The translations under genes were made by a program, and so were the position numbers. A stretch of DNA of 64,000 nucleotides, taken from Leucoraja erinacea. Taxonomy: Eukaryota. Under the pieces are notes generated by a model that was not told the origin of the DNA, ran no database searches, and worked only from the letters and a program-made list of their open reading frames with translations. The stretch lies in the NCBI RefSeq assembly GCF_028641065.1, contig NC_073381.1:17608001-17672000 (forward strand), in the 5' to 3' direction. Within the stretch, counting starts at the first letter, position 1. Each line of letters opens with the position of its first letter. Shown piece by piece: positions 22,965-34,568 of this stretch.

Positions 22965-23378
22965 ATATAACCATATAACAATTACAGCATGGAAACAGGC
23001 CATCTCGGTCCTTCTAGTCCGTCCCAAACACTTATTCTCCCCTAGTCCCATCTACCTACACGCAGACCATAACCCTCCATTCCTTTCCCGTCCATATACC
23101 TATCCAATTTATTTTTAAATGATAAAATCGAACCTGCCTCCACCACTTCCACTGGAAGCTCATTCCACACAGCTACCACTCTCTGAGTAAAGAAGTTCCC
23201 CCTCATGTTACCCCTAAACTTTTGTCCCTTAATTCTCAAATCATGTCCTCTTGTTTGAATCTTCCCTACTCTCAATGGAAAAAGCATATCCACGTCAACC
23301 CTTGTCTATCCCTCTCATAATTTTAAAGACCTCTATCAAGTCCCCCCTTAACCTTCTGCGCGCTAAAGAATAAAGACT
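22965..23378 (-). mobile_element. CR1 3' fragment (second family, TTATATGG tail)
   Basis: TRGHDLRIKG...FFTQRVVAVWNELP. Confidence 0.85.
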
Positions 23379-23379
23379 T

Positions 23380-23645
23380 CATGTGAACGCAAGGTCCCAC
23401 AATGCTATTTCAAAGTAGCTCAGGACCGTTCTCCTGGTGTCCTGACCAACACTGTTCCTCAATCAATATCTCAAAAGTATGCATTGATCATTTATCTCAT
23501 TGCTCTTTGTGGCACCTTGTTATGTGAAAATTGCCCAGCACATTCCCCATTACAGTCAAGCCACTTCTAATGTTAACATTAAATGACTCGTGTTTTGGAC
23601 TGTCTCAGGGATATGATAAGTGCGATATAAGCACAAGCTTTTCCT
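23380..23645 (+). mobile_element. Ancient Deu-domain SINE remnant (SacSINE/AmnSINE-like)
   Basis: TTCTCCTGGTGTCCTGACCAAC...TTATCTCATTGCT.TTTGTGG resembles the Deu core from memory; a similar remnant lies near 48250-48500. Confidence 0.45.
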
Positions 23646-24231
23646 TTCTTTCGTGGTTTGTTTAATTATTCATTGGTCTGCTTGATAATTTTGTTGCTGG
23701 TTAATCTATTTAAATCAGAGTCAAAGCACAGAGGCCCTTCGGCCCACCATGTGCATGCCGACCATCAAGCACTCGTATCCCATTTACCAATACGAGGTCT
23801 GTAGCCTTCTATGGCTTGGCGATTCATGTGCTTGAGTAAATACTTTTGAAATGCCGAGCCCTTCTGCTCCTCGTGTCACTGGCTTGTTCCTGGCCAGTGA
23901 TTAAGAATAAGAAAATGGAACAGCCCAGTCCCGATATTCTATTTGCAACTAGATACCTAATAATCTAACAATGAGCAAGTCTTTCATCAGAAAATAGTTT
24001 CATAGTTTAAATTTAACTAACTATAAAGTATTAAATAATGATTGAACTGGGTTTTCAATCATTATGAACTTGTACTTTTCTCTCTGTGACACTGACACAT
24101 CTTCATCTCGCATTTTATAATTTATACATGGCCAAGAAGGTGTTCGAGAACTGGAAGGTGCATTTGGAGACAGTTCTCAAGTCATAAGGAATTAGGATTG
24201 TATTGCCAATTTTATCTTGACACTTGACTTA

Positions 24232-25755
24232 CAGTGCCCTCCATTATGTTTGGGACAAAGAACCATCATTTATTTATTTGCTTCTGTACTCCACAATTTG
24301 AGATTTGTAATAGAAAAAAAAATCACATGTGGTTAAAGTGCACATTGTCAGATTTTAATAAAAGCCATTTTTATACATTTTGATTTTACCATGTAGAAAT
24401 TACAACAACGTTTATACATTGTCCTCCCATTTCAGGGCACTGTAATGTTTGGGACAAATCAAAGTCATTTAAATGAAAGTAGTCATGTTTAGTATTTTGT
24501 TGCCTATTCTTTACATGCAACAACTGCTTGAAGTCTGTGATTCATGGACATCACCAGTTGCTGGGTGTCTTCTCTGGTGATGCTCTGCCAGGCCTGTATT
24601 ACAGCCATCTTTAGCTTATGCTTGTTTTGGGGGCTAGTCCCCTTCAGTTTTCTCTTCACCATATAAAAGCCATGCTCAATTGGGTACAGATCAGGTGATT
24701 GACTTGGCCACTCAAGAATTGACAATTTTTTAGCTTTGAAAAACTCCTTTGTTGCTTTAGCAGTATGTTTGGGGTCATTGTCTTGCTGTAGATTGAACTG
24801 CCAGCCAATGAGTTTTGAGGCATTTGTTTGAACTTCAACAGATAGGATTTGTCTTTACACTTCAGAATTCATTATGCTACGACCATCAGCAGTTGTATCA
24901 TCAATGAAGATAAGTGAGCCAGTACCTTCAGCAGCCATACATGCCCAGGTCATAACACCCCCACCACCGTGTTTCACAGATGAGGTGGGATGCTTTGGAT
25001 CTTGGGCAGTTCCTTCTCTCCTCCATACTTTGCTCTTGCCATCACTCTGATATCAGTTAATCTTCTCATCTGTCCGCAAGACCTTTTTTCAGAACTATGG
25101 TTGCTCTTTTAACTACTTCTTGGCAAACTGTAACCTGGCCATCCAATTTTTGCGGCTAACCAATGGTTTGCATCTTGCAGTGTAGCCTCTGTATTTCTGT
25201 TCATGAAGTATTCTGCGGACAGTGGTCATTGACAAAACCACACCCGACTCCTGAAGAGTGTTTCTTATCTGTCGGGCAGGTGTTTGGGGATTTTTCTTGA
25301 TTATAGAGAGAATTCTTTTGTCATCAGCTGTGGAGGTCTATCTTGTTTATCAGTCTTATAATGGCTTCTTTGACTTTCATTGGCACAACTTTGGTCCTCA
25401 TGTTGATAAACAGTAATAAAAGTTTCCAAAGGTAATGGAAAGACTGGAGGAAAGACTAGGTGTTGAGAGATCTCTGCATTAAGGAGGCATTTAAACACAC
25501 CTGAGCAATTACAAAGACCTGTGAAGCCATGTGTCCCAAACATTATGGTGCCCTGAAAATGGGGGGGACTATGTATAAACGCAGCTGTAATTTCCACATG
25601 GTGAAACCAAAATGCATAAAAATACCCTTTAATAAAATCTGACAATGTGCACTTTAACCACATGTGATATTTTCTATTACAAATCTCAAAGTGTAGCGTA
25701 CAGAGGCAAATAAATAAATGACGGGTCTTTGTCCCAAACATTATGGAGGGCACTG
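24232..25755 (-). mobile_element. Tc1 IR/DR transposon (second family), degraded
   Basis: Long TIRs beginning CAGTGCCCTCCAT.ATGTTTGGGACA; left TA; transposase remnants include WPSQSPDLYPIE. Confidence 0.85.
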
Positions 25756-26419
25756 CATTTTCTAGTTTTTGTTTTCATGTACATTAACAGAAACTAATCA
25801 GCAGCATGAATTATATTCTGCCCGGGTTAATTATCTGCTGTTTTTGCAGCAGTTAGCTTCATGTAGCCTTGCAACTTTTGAAAATTCCATCTCTCCAGGA
25901 TGATCTGTTGCTGTCCTCTGCCATTTAGGCTCCAAGAACCAGAATTTCTATCCCAAATTCTTTTCTTTGCCTCTCCTATTGGATTTCCATCTAAAATTGC
26001 CTCTTAAACCAAGCTTTAAGTCACCTTCCTGTTATTGTCCAATTGCAAATTCAATGATAACTACAATTAGAGAGCAAACAGTGGTGAAAACATAAAAAGA
26101 TGGTGTTGAACCATTATACTCCATTTTGTTATGCATATGTTATCTCATAAAATCGTGCTTGTTATGGATACCTGGCTGGAAGGTATCCGTGTTTGTTTTA
26201 CTTAGTTATGCAATATAGACAAGAGTGACGAGATTGAATTCCTTCCACATCAGCTTCAATCTAAATGCACAATTGACTTCTTGGTCTCAGTCCAGATCCC
26301 AGTGAACATAGGTTATGACAACATTAAACTGCACTACACTTCAGTAAACCATGGTCTTATCCAGTATTGCAGGCACAACGTTTAAGAAATTAACATTACT
26401 TGGCATATAACTATCATAC

Positions 26420-26547
26420 CCGATCTTCTCCAATGTACGCTATTGCACAAGGGGAGTCCAGCAAAGTGCTGAGAGCCTTCAGGCAAGATGTAACATGTTC
26501 CAAGGGGTTCTCTGGCCGTGGAGAACACAGGAACTCAATGCTAATAC
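26420..26547 (-). CDS. HEATR5B: HEATR5B coding exon
   Basis: ISIEFLCSPRPE...IGEDR; AG/GT boundaries. Confidence 0.93.
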
Positions 26548-26676
26548 CTGAAATCACAAGGCCCAAATTATTTTTATATTTTCTTAAATTACAAATTGAC
26601 TTTGTACACATGTATCCACATATGTGCAGAACAGGTGATTTTTCTCTTCTTAACCTTCACTTTAAACTTATCAACA

Positions 26677-26990
26677 GTTACGGTGGCGCAGCAGTAGTTG
26701 CTGCCTTACAGTGTTTGCAGTGCCGGAGACCTGGGTTCGATCCCGACAACGGGTGCTGTCTGTACAGAGTTTGTACGTTCTCCCCGTGACTGCGTGAGTT
26801 TTCTCTGACATCTTCGGTTTCAATCCCACACTCCAAAGACGTACAGGTATGTGGGTTAATTGGCTTGGTGTATGTGTAAATTGTCCCTGGTGTGTGTAGG
26901 ATCGTATATATGTGCAGGAATCGCTGGCCGGCGCAGACTCGGTGGGCCGAAGGACCTGTTACCGTGCTGTATCTCTAAACTCAACTGAAC
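26677..26990 (+). mobile_element. tRNA-derived HE1-like SINE
   Basis: A box TGGCGCAGC and B box GGTTCGATCCC; CR1-like GGGCCGAAGG.CCTGT tail. Confidence 0.75.
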
Positions 26991-27387
26991 AGTCTGAATT
27001 TTAATTGCAATTAGACATTATGTAATTTGCTTTCTGCAGAAGGGATAACTCCTGCGCTCATTTTATTCCTTTGTCGCATTCAGTTTTTGGATTGCTAGAA
27101 ATGGGAATTAAAATCAAAAACATTGGAAACACTCAAAAGTTCATGCAGCATCTGTGGAAAGAGAAACAGTTCATGTTTCAGGTCGAAGATTCTTTGCCAC
27201 GTGAGATTTAATGTCCAAAATTATGAAAGCATTTGATTAAATCTACAGGAAGATGACAGGTTCAAGATAATTGGCAAACAATCTGGCGGAGAGACGAATC
27301 ATTTCATAACCTCACTTGTGTCGGTAAAGAATGCACTGCCTGAAAAGATAAATTAAATGGAGTCAATAGAATTTTGAAAAAGGAATT

Positions 27388-27937
27388 CTGGAGTATGGTG
27401 TACAATTTTGGTCGCCTAATTATAGAAAGGATGTCAACAAAATAGAGAGAGTACAGAGGAGATTTACTAGAATGTTGCCTGGGTTTCAGCAACTAAGTTA
27501 CAGAGAAAGGTTGAACAAGTTAGGTCTTTATTCTTTGGAGCGCAGAAGGTTAAGGGGGGGACTTGATAGAGGTCTTTAAAATGATGAGAGGGATAGACAG
27601 AGTTGATGTGGATAAGCTTTTCCCATTGAGAGTAGGGAAGATTCAAACAAGAGGACATGACTTGAGAATTAAGGGACAGAGGTTTAGGGATAACATGAGG
27701 GGGAACTTCTTTACTCAGAGAGTGGTAGTGGTGTGGAATGTTCTTCCAGTGGAAGTGGTGGAGGCAGGTTCGATTTTATCATTTAAAAATAAATTGGATA
27801 GGTATATGGATGGGAAAGGAATGGAGGGTTATGGTCTGAGTGCAGGTAGATGGGACTAGGGGAGAATAAGTGTTCGGCACGGACTAGAAGGGCCGAGATG
27901 GCCTGTTTCCGTGCTGTAATTGTTATATGGTTATATG
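27388..27937 (+). mobile_element. CR1 3' fragment (second family)
   Basis: Near-identical inverted partner of 22965-23378. Confidence 0.85.
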
Positions 27938-28150
27938 GAATTTGATCTGTGCTCACATGGAAAATATTTACGAGTTTAAGAGAAGAAAATTAGGAGTGGG
28001 GCTAATTAGAAAGCCCCTTCGTAGAGATTGTGCTGACATGACCAACCAAATGACTTCCTTCTATGCTATCTGGTTGAATGATGCATGTGATTAGACTGAC
28101 AAAATAAACCGTCAGTGATAGTTTGAATCATTCTGCCTGTCCTTGCTTAC

Positions 28151-28390
28151 CAAAAATAAGATGGAGGCGGTCTGTGTTGATCTCCTGCAGTGTTTTGGTC
28201 GAGCCGCCGGATGTCTGGTTGAGTATGGTGCCTGTTTGGTTTTTCTGCCCACTGGGAACTGCAGGCTCGTATGCAATAGTGAACCCAGTACTGTTCAACC
28301 AAAGTACCACCGCATGTAGGATTGGAGCCCAGGAGGTGCGGTAATGGAGCCTGGCACTGTCGATTGTTTCTGGAGTATAAAATGCTCCTC
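28151..28390 (-). CDS. HEATR5B: HEATR5B coding exon
   Basis: [36 protein letters not shown]...DRLHLIF; AG/GT boundaries. Confidence 0.94.
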
Positions 28391-28917
28391 CTGTAACAAG
28401 GCAGCACCATTAAACAACACATGCAAAGATATTCAAACTATTTACATTTCTATAATTGCCTTCAAATTAGTCTAAAATAACTTCACAACAACATTAAACA
28501 CCGTTTGACATCAAACCATTTTAGAAGATGGATCAACAAAACCTTGGTTAATGAAGTAGGCATTAGAGAGAGTACAATGGGAAACCAGGATACGAGGCAG
28601 TGGTATCAAGCAAGAGATTTTGAGTGTTTATAGCACTCAGGAAGCTGAAGGGACAGCCTTTAATTATGAAATGAGAACTACATTTTTGCAATTATTCACA
28701 ATTGGTGATTTATGCACATTATTTACTAGTACTTTGAGATATTTTCTAAAGGTAAGAAGGTAATGAAAAAAGAGCAAGGAACTGTGTGCCTATGCTTGTT
28801 CTTCCTAAAAACCAGCACAGGCACAAAACATCTTCCTGTATGCTGTATTATTTCACGAATTAAGCTTCAACTTCCAACTCACAGCTACCTCTTGAAAGTT
28901 GTCTAGAAATATTGTAT

Positions 28918-29102
28918 TTAAGAAGGAACTGCAGATGCTGGAAAACCGATGGTACACAAAAAAGCTGGAGAAACTCAGCGGGTGCAGCAGCATCTATGGA
29001 GCGAAGGAAAAAGGCAACGTTTCGGGACGAAACGTTGCCTTTTTCCTTCGCTCCATAGATGCTGCTGCACCCGCTGAATTTCTCCAGCTTTTTTGTGTAC
29101 CT
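28918..29102. mobile_element. Penelope-derived foldback insertion
   Basis: Inverted arms; 14-bp TSD TAGAAATATTGTAT (28904-28917, 29103-29116). Confidence 0.7.
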
Positions 29103-29855
29103 TAGAAATATTGTATGTTAAGTTTCATCCCACTCTCAAGGGATCAAACCCAAATTCACAATACGATTTTCGTCAAATTTCTGTTGCTTTAAAATAATTG
29201 TTAGAAAACTTGAAAATCATTTTTGTTTATGGAAATAAAGCCTAATATTACTGCGCCTTCAAAAATGACTGGATTACATGGTAATCAAAGGATATGTTGA
29301 AATCAGGTTTCCAAATCTCACTGATCCAGATTTGCTGAATCAGATGGATTGGCAGGAATTTCACAACAATAGGTTTCCCATCAGGAGTTAATCACGATTC
29401 ACCAGTCACCTATCTCAACTCTGAATCTGAACATTGGGGCTCCTGTTTCAATCCAGAGATCTGAATAGAAAAGTCAAGACTAATTTGGTGCAGTAGAGAG
29501 AGGAGTAGGAGTGCTGTACAGTAAGAATGCAGTCTTTCAGGAGAGACCTATGAGAGTGCCAACTCTGCACCCAGGTTCAGATCCACCATTACAACACTAA
29601 TTTAAACACTTTCACTTATAAAGAACACCTGGCCCTGCAGGAAACCATAGTGCATCATCAGCAAAACATTTCAAACTATAGCCCCAATCAACATACAACA
29701 AATTCCCAAAGAACACCACTGTAATGATGACCAGTTAAGATGTTTTTTCATGATGTTGGCTGAGGAAAATATCCAGTTATGCACTGGGAATAATTCACTC
29801 TCTTCTACAAAGCAATACTGTAGATTTATAACCCACCTGTGACAGTAAACTGGGT

Positions 29856-30475
29856 CTCCTGAAAGGATTTGAGTATAGAAGCAGGGAGGTTCTACTGCAG
29901 TTGTACAGGGTCTTTGTGAGACCACACCTGGAGTATTGCGTACAGTTTTGGTCTCCTAATCTGAAGAAAGACATTCTTGCCATAGAGGGAGTACAGAGAA
30001 GGTTCACCAGACTGATTCCTGGGATGTCAGGACTTTCATATGAAGAAAGACTGGATAAACTCGGCTTGTACACGCTAGAATTTAGAAGATTGAGGGAGGA
30101 TTTCATAGAAACTTACAAAATTCTTAAGGGTAGATGCAGGAAGATTGTTCCTAATGTTGGGGAAGTCCAGAACAAGGGGTCACAGTTTAAGGATAAGGGG
30201 GAAATCTTTTAGGACCGAGATGAGAAAAACATTTTTCACACAGAGAGTAGTGAATCTGTGGAATTCTTTGCCACAGAAGATAGTTGAGGCCAGTTCATTG
30301 GCTATATTTAAGAGGGAGTTAGATGTGGCCCTTGTGGCTAAGGGGATCAGGGGCTATGGGGAGAAGGCAGGTACAAGATACTGAGTTGGATGATCAGCCA
30401 TGATCATATTGAATGGCAGTGCAGGCTCGAAGGGCTGAATGGCCTACTCCTGCATCTATTTTCTATGTTTCTATG
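29856..30475 (+). mobile_element. CR1 3' fragment
   Basis: [13 protein letters not shown]...; conserved tail. Confidence 0.85.
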
Positions 30476-30819
30476 TCTCAGGTTAAATTTTCACATAAAG
30501 GATGTCGTCTGCAACAGTGCAGCAATCGATCAGCATTGCACTGGAACATCAGCTCGATTTTGTCAGTCAAATCTCTGGAAGGGAACTCAAATCTAAATCT
30601 TTGGCTTAGAGGTGCAGGGCGACCAACCGAGGCACAAATGACATATTTCAATAAAGAGGACGGCAGTTCAGCTCAGCATTCTGGCTAATCTTTATTCCTC
30701 AACGAACATCAGTGGAGAAGCTGATCCCATCATTTATTTCATCACCATTTGTGGCTGCTGCCTGTTAGGCTTCCTTCTTTAAAACATTTAAAAAAACCCC
30801 ACTTAATTGGCTGTAACTT

Positions 30820-31912
30820 TATATATCTGCCTCTCATGATTTATGTATCTCTCCAAGTCCACCCTTCAATCTCCTACATTCAAGGGAAAAAATCCTGGCC
30901 TATCCTTACATTTCAAACCCTAAAATTCTGGGAACGTCCTGGTGAATCTTTTCTGCACCCTTTCCAATTTAATGACATCTTTCCTATCACAGGGCAACCA
31001 TGTGTACATCATGTGGTCTCCAAATACAGCCTCACCAACATTTTGTACAGCTGTAGCATGGTATCCCAACTCAATACCATTACTAACAAAGGCAATCATG
31101 CCAAACACCTTCACTACCATGTCCACCTATGTCATCATTTGTAGATAGTGTACCTATAACCCCTCTCTGCTCTATGGCACTCTCCAGCGCCCTACATTTA
31201 TTATGGACAATTAATGTATGAATTCTGCAATTCCATGAAAGTCACTGGATAATATTACTGTGAGGTTAATAATGGAGCAGTGCAAATCATCAACAATATT
31301 TGGCAATTCTTAACTGTCAGCATTTCTTCCTCTTGCCCTTTGCTGAACATAGAACAGTGCAGCACAGGAACAGGCTCTTCGGCACACAATATTTCTGCTG
31401 AACATGATGCCAAGTTAATCTCTGCTTGCACAAGATTCATTTCCCTCCATTTCTTGCATATCCATGTACCTATCTAAAAACTACTTAAACACCACTATTG
31501 ATCATACTATCGTATCATATCCACCACCACCACTGGCAATGTGTTCCAGAAACCCACCACACCCAAGAACTTGCCCCACATCTGTCCTTTAAACTTGTCC
31601 CCTCTGATCTTAAAGCTACACCCTCCAGTATTTGAGATTTCCACCCTAGATAAAAGGTTCTGACTGTTTACCCTATCTATGCCTCTCAGAATTTTATATA
31701 CTTTTAACAAGTCTCCCCTGAACCTCAGACACTCCAGAGAATGCCATCCAAGTTTGCCCAACTGCCCCTTATAACTAATACCCTCCAAGGTGAACCTTTT
31801 CTGCACCCTCTCCATAACCGCTCTGTCCTTCCTGTAATGAGGTGACGAGATCAGCACACAATACTCTGAAAACGGTCTAACTAAAGTTTTATAAAGTTGT
31901 CACATGACTTCC
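30820..31912 (-). mobile_element. Two older CR1 fragments
   Basis: ERVQKRFT motifs in ORFs 30920-31126 and 31507-31857. Confidence 0.6.
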
Positions 31913-33072
31913 GTACACAATGAATAGTAACATCAAGCTACAGACCAGCAATTATTTCAGCAATATCTGGTATATTTAACCTTCCTCTCCCAGAAGTAAC
32001 AAGGCCAAAAAAATCCACTACTTTCAATTCATCGTTTTCGGAAAGGGAAATTCATTATAATTCTTTGAAAAGGTAAGGTGTAAGAGATAATATGGACAGA
32101 ATTGGCTGGAAACAAGGTAGGCCTTAGTGAATCTGTATCTGCTTGACACGTTATAATGTGTGGCAAGACACAGGGATCAGTGTGGAGACTACTTGTAATT
32201 TATATAAACGAATAAGATGAAGGCTGCAACAGTCTGTTGCTAAATTTGCTGATGATGCGAAGGGTAGATAGGAAAGTAAGTTGTGAAGACAGGAGGTGGC
32301 TACAAAGGGATATCAATGTCATAAACGAGTGGGTAAAGATCTGGCAAATACAGTGTAATGTTTTATATTGTTCATTTTGGCAGAGAAAAAATAAATGGGC
32401 CTCAAATCAAAATGATGACGGCAGAGCTCTGAGATGCAGAGGGAGTAGGGTGTTTTGGTGCAGAATTCACAAAAGGCAAGTACATTGTAGTTATGTTTCA
32501 GTAATATGAAGCATTATTGAGACAACATCTGTCTACTATGTCTGGTGATTGTCTCCTTACCCAAGAAGGATATAAACTCATTTGAAGAAGTTCTGAGGAG
32601 GTGTACGGAATGGCTTTGCTGCCTTATTACCAAAGGTTGAACAGGCTGGGCTTACATCCACTCGAGCTTCGAGCTGAGAAGTGACTTGATTGGAACATAC
32701 AACATCCCAAGAGCTCTCGACAGTGTAAATATAGGATGTTTCCTCTTGCGAGAAAATTTAGAACTTGGATCACTGTTTAAAAGGGATCACCCATTAAAGA
32801 ATGGGGGAAAATGTTTTTTCAGAGTCATGAGCCTTTGGAACAAAAGGCTGTGGAGGACAAGGCAATTGATATTTTTAAGGTAGAGATAGATAGATTTTAC
32901 TTCGGAGTCACGTGAGGGACTCCATGAAGAAGCCCGCCCACAGCGCCAGCGTGTCATATCGCAAACAACGCATGGACGTGTCACATCTGGGGAGAACGTC
33001 CCCGTGAATGGGAGAACAAAAAGCCGACGAACGGCAGGTAAGTGACTCTGCATTTCTAACTTTGTTGTAGGA

Positions 33073-34568
33073 ATGGACAGAGCACCTCGCAGAAAGTCGG
33101 TGAGAAAGGAGCAGCAAATAAGTCGGGAAGGAGCCGGGGACCTGCAGCAGCAGCAGCCGATGCCACAGGTGTTACCGATGGAGGAACCAGCTGTGCCCGA
33201 CTTGAACCCCGCGCCGGCAAAATCGATTTCACGGCCGGGCGGGAAGGCAAAACAAAAGTCCCGTCACCTTAATACTGGTGCTGGGGACGCTGCTTACCAG
33301 TTCAGGAGAACTGACGAGGAGCTGCGGGAAATGGAGCAGCCAGGAGCGGCCAGCCCTACGGAGCTGGAAAGCCGCTACCAATGGATGGATATCCAGCCGC
33401 CGGCGACAGGTGCTCGTGAGTACCGGGGCCGGGAAGGGCGGCAGGAGAATATTGGGCGGCCGGGAGCGACCAGTGCAGGGAGGCATGGGGACCGGCTGCG
33501 GGAACCGCGAGCGACTAGTGCCCGAGTGCACGGAAGTCGGTTGGAGCGGCCCGGTAAGCACCCGCGATCGACTAGCGCCCGAGAGCGCGAAAGTCGGCTG
33601 GAGCGGCTGCTGGACGAAATTGTCCAAAGTGGCAGGCTCCGTCAGAGGGAGGATAGCCACAGTGGGCACAATGTAAGCCCCACAGCAGGTTCCCTTAAAG
33701 GGCTGCAAGACATATCAGACTCCTCTGAGGAGGATATCCAATGTCTGACCAGCTCAGAGTCTGAGCAAGAGGTGGAACCGTTTTCTCCCATTAAAGGGAA
33801 GGAACACAGCTTACTGGACATGGTGGGACAGTACTTCCAACAGGAGCAGACCGGCAGGAACCTCGAGGACAGGATGGCTGCAAGTATCGAGTACATGTCC
33901 ACACACCAGTTGCAGGCTAATACGATGGCTGAAGTATTGGCAAGGCACTTACCACCAGGGAATTGTACTGCGCTGCATGTAGCCAGTGTAAACAGGTGTA
34001 TCTGGAAGCATGTGGGGGGGGGGGTATTAGAAATCAGGATCTTAAGGTCCAAAATGCCCTCAAAAGTCTCACAGCGGGGATTACAGCTTTGGCCCGTTCG
34101 TTTGAGAAAGTGCAGATGGATAATGACCAAAAGGATGCATTAGCATTGTTCTGTAATGTACAGTTGGAATTGAATAATTTAAGAAAGGGGGCTATTCAGC
34201 CTGTGCTAGACCCTAAATTTGCCGGTTTGTGCAAGCAGAGGGATATAAAACCCCAAACCCTACTATTTGGTGGAGACTTGTCTAAACAAGTCAAAGAGTT
34301 GGATGAGGAGGCCAAGACATTGGGGCTGATAAGGGCAGCCAAAGGGTACCTAGGGAAGAGATTCCAACCCTATGGGCGTCCAAAGAAGGGTGGGCTCTAT
34401 AATGCCACCAGGAATTGGAGAGAGAGGAGCCCCCAGCGGCAGCAGCGTCCTTTTTTAGGGTTTGGCCCGGGACGTCCGCCGTGGAAAATGCGGAAGCCAG
34501 TACATCAGCAGGCATCGCAACCTCAACATCAAGGGCCTCCACATCCACGACCAAAAATAAGGAAATAA
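33073..34568 (+). CDS. DIRS ORF1 (gag-like), frameshifted at a G11 run
   Basis: ORFs 33073-34143 and 33963-34568 join across G34014-34024; LFGGDL...EL..E motif and basic C-terminus. Confidence 0.7.

Noticed and set aside
26677-26760. tRNA-like A and B boxes (also near 43716 and 57330)
   Set aside because: They are SINE heads continuing into a SINE body and tail, with no complete cloverleaf.
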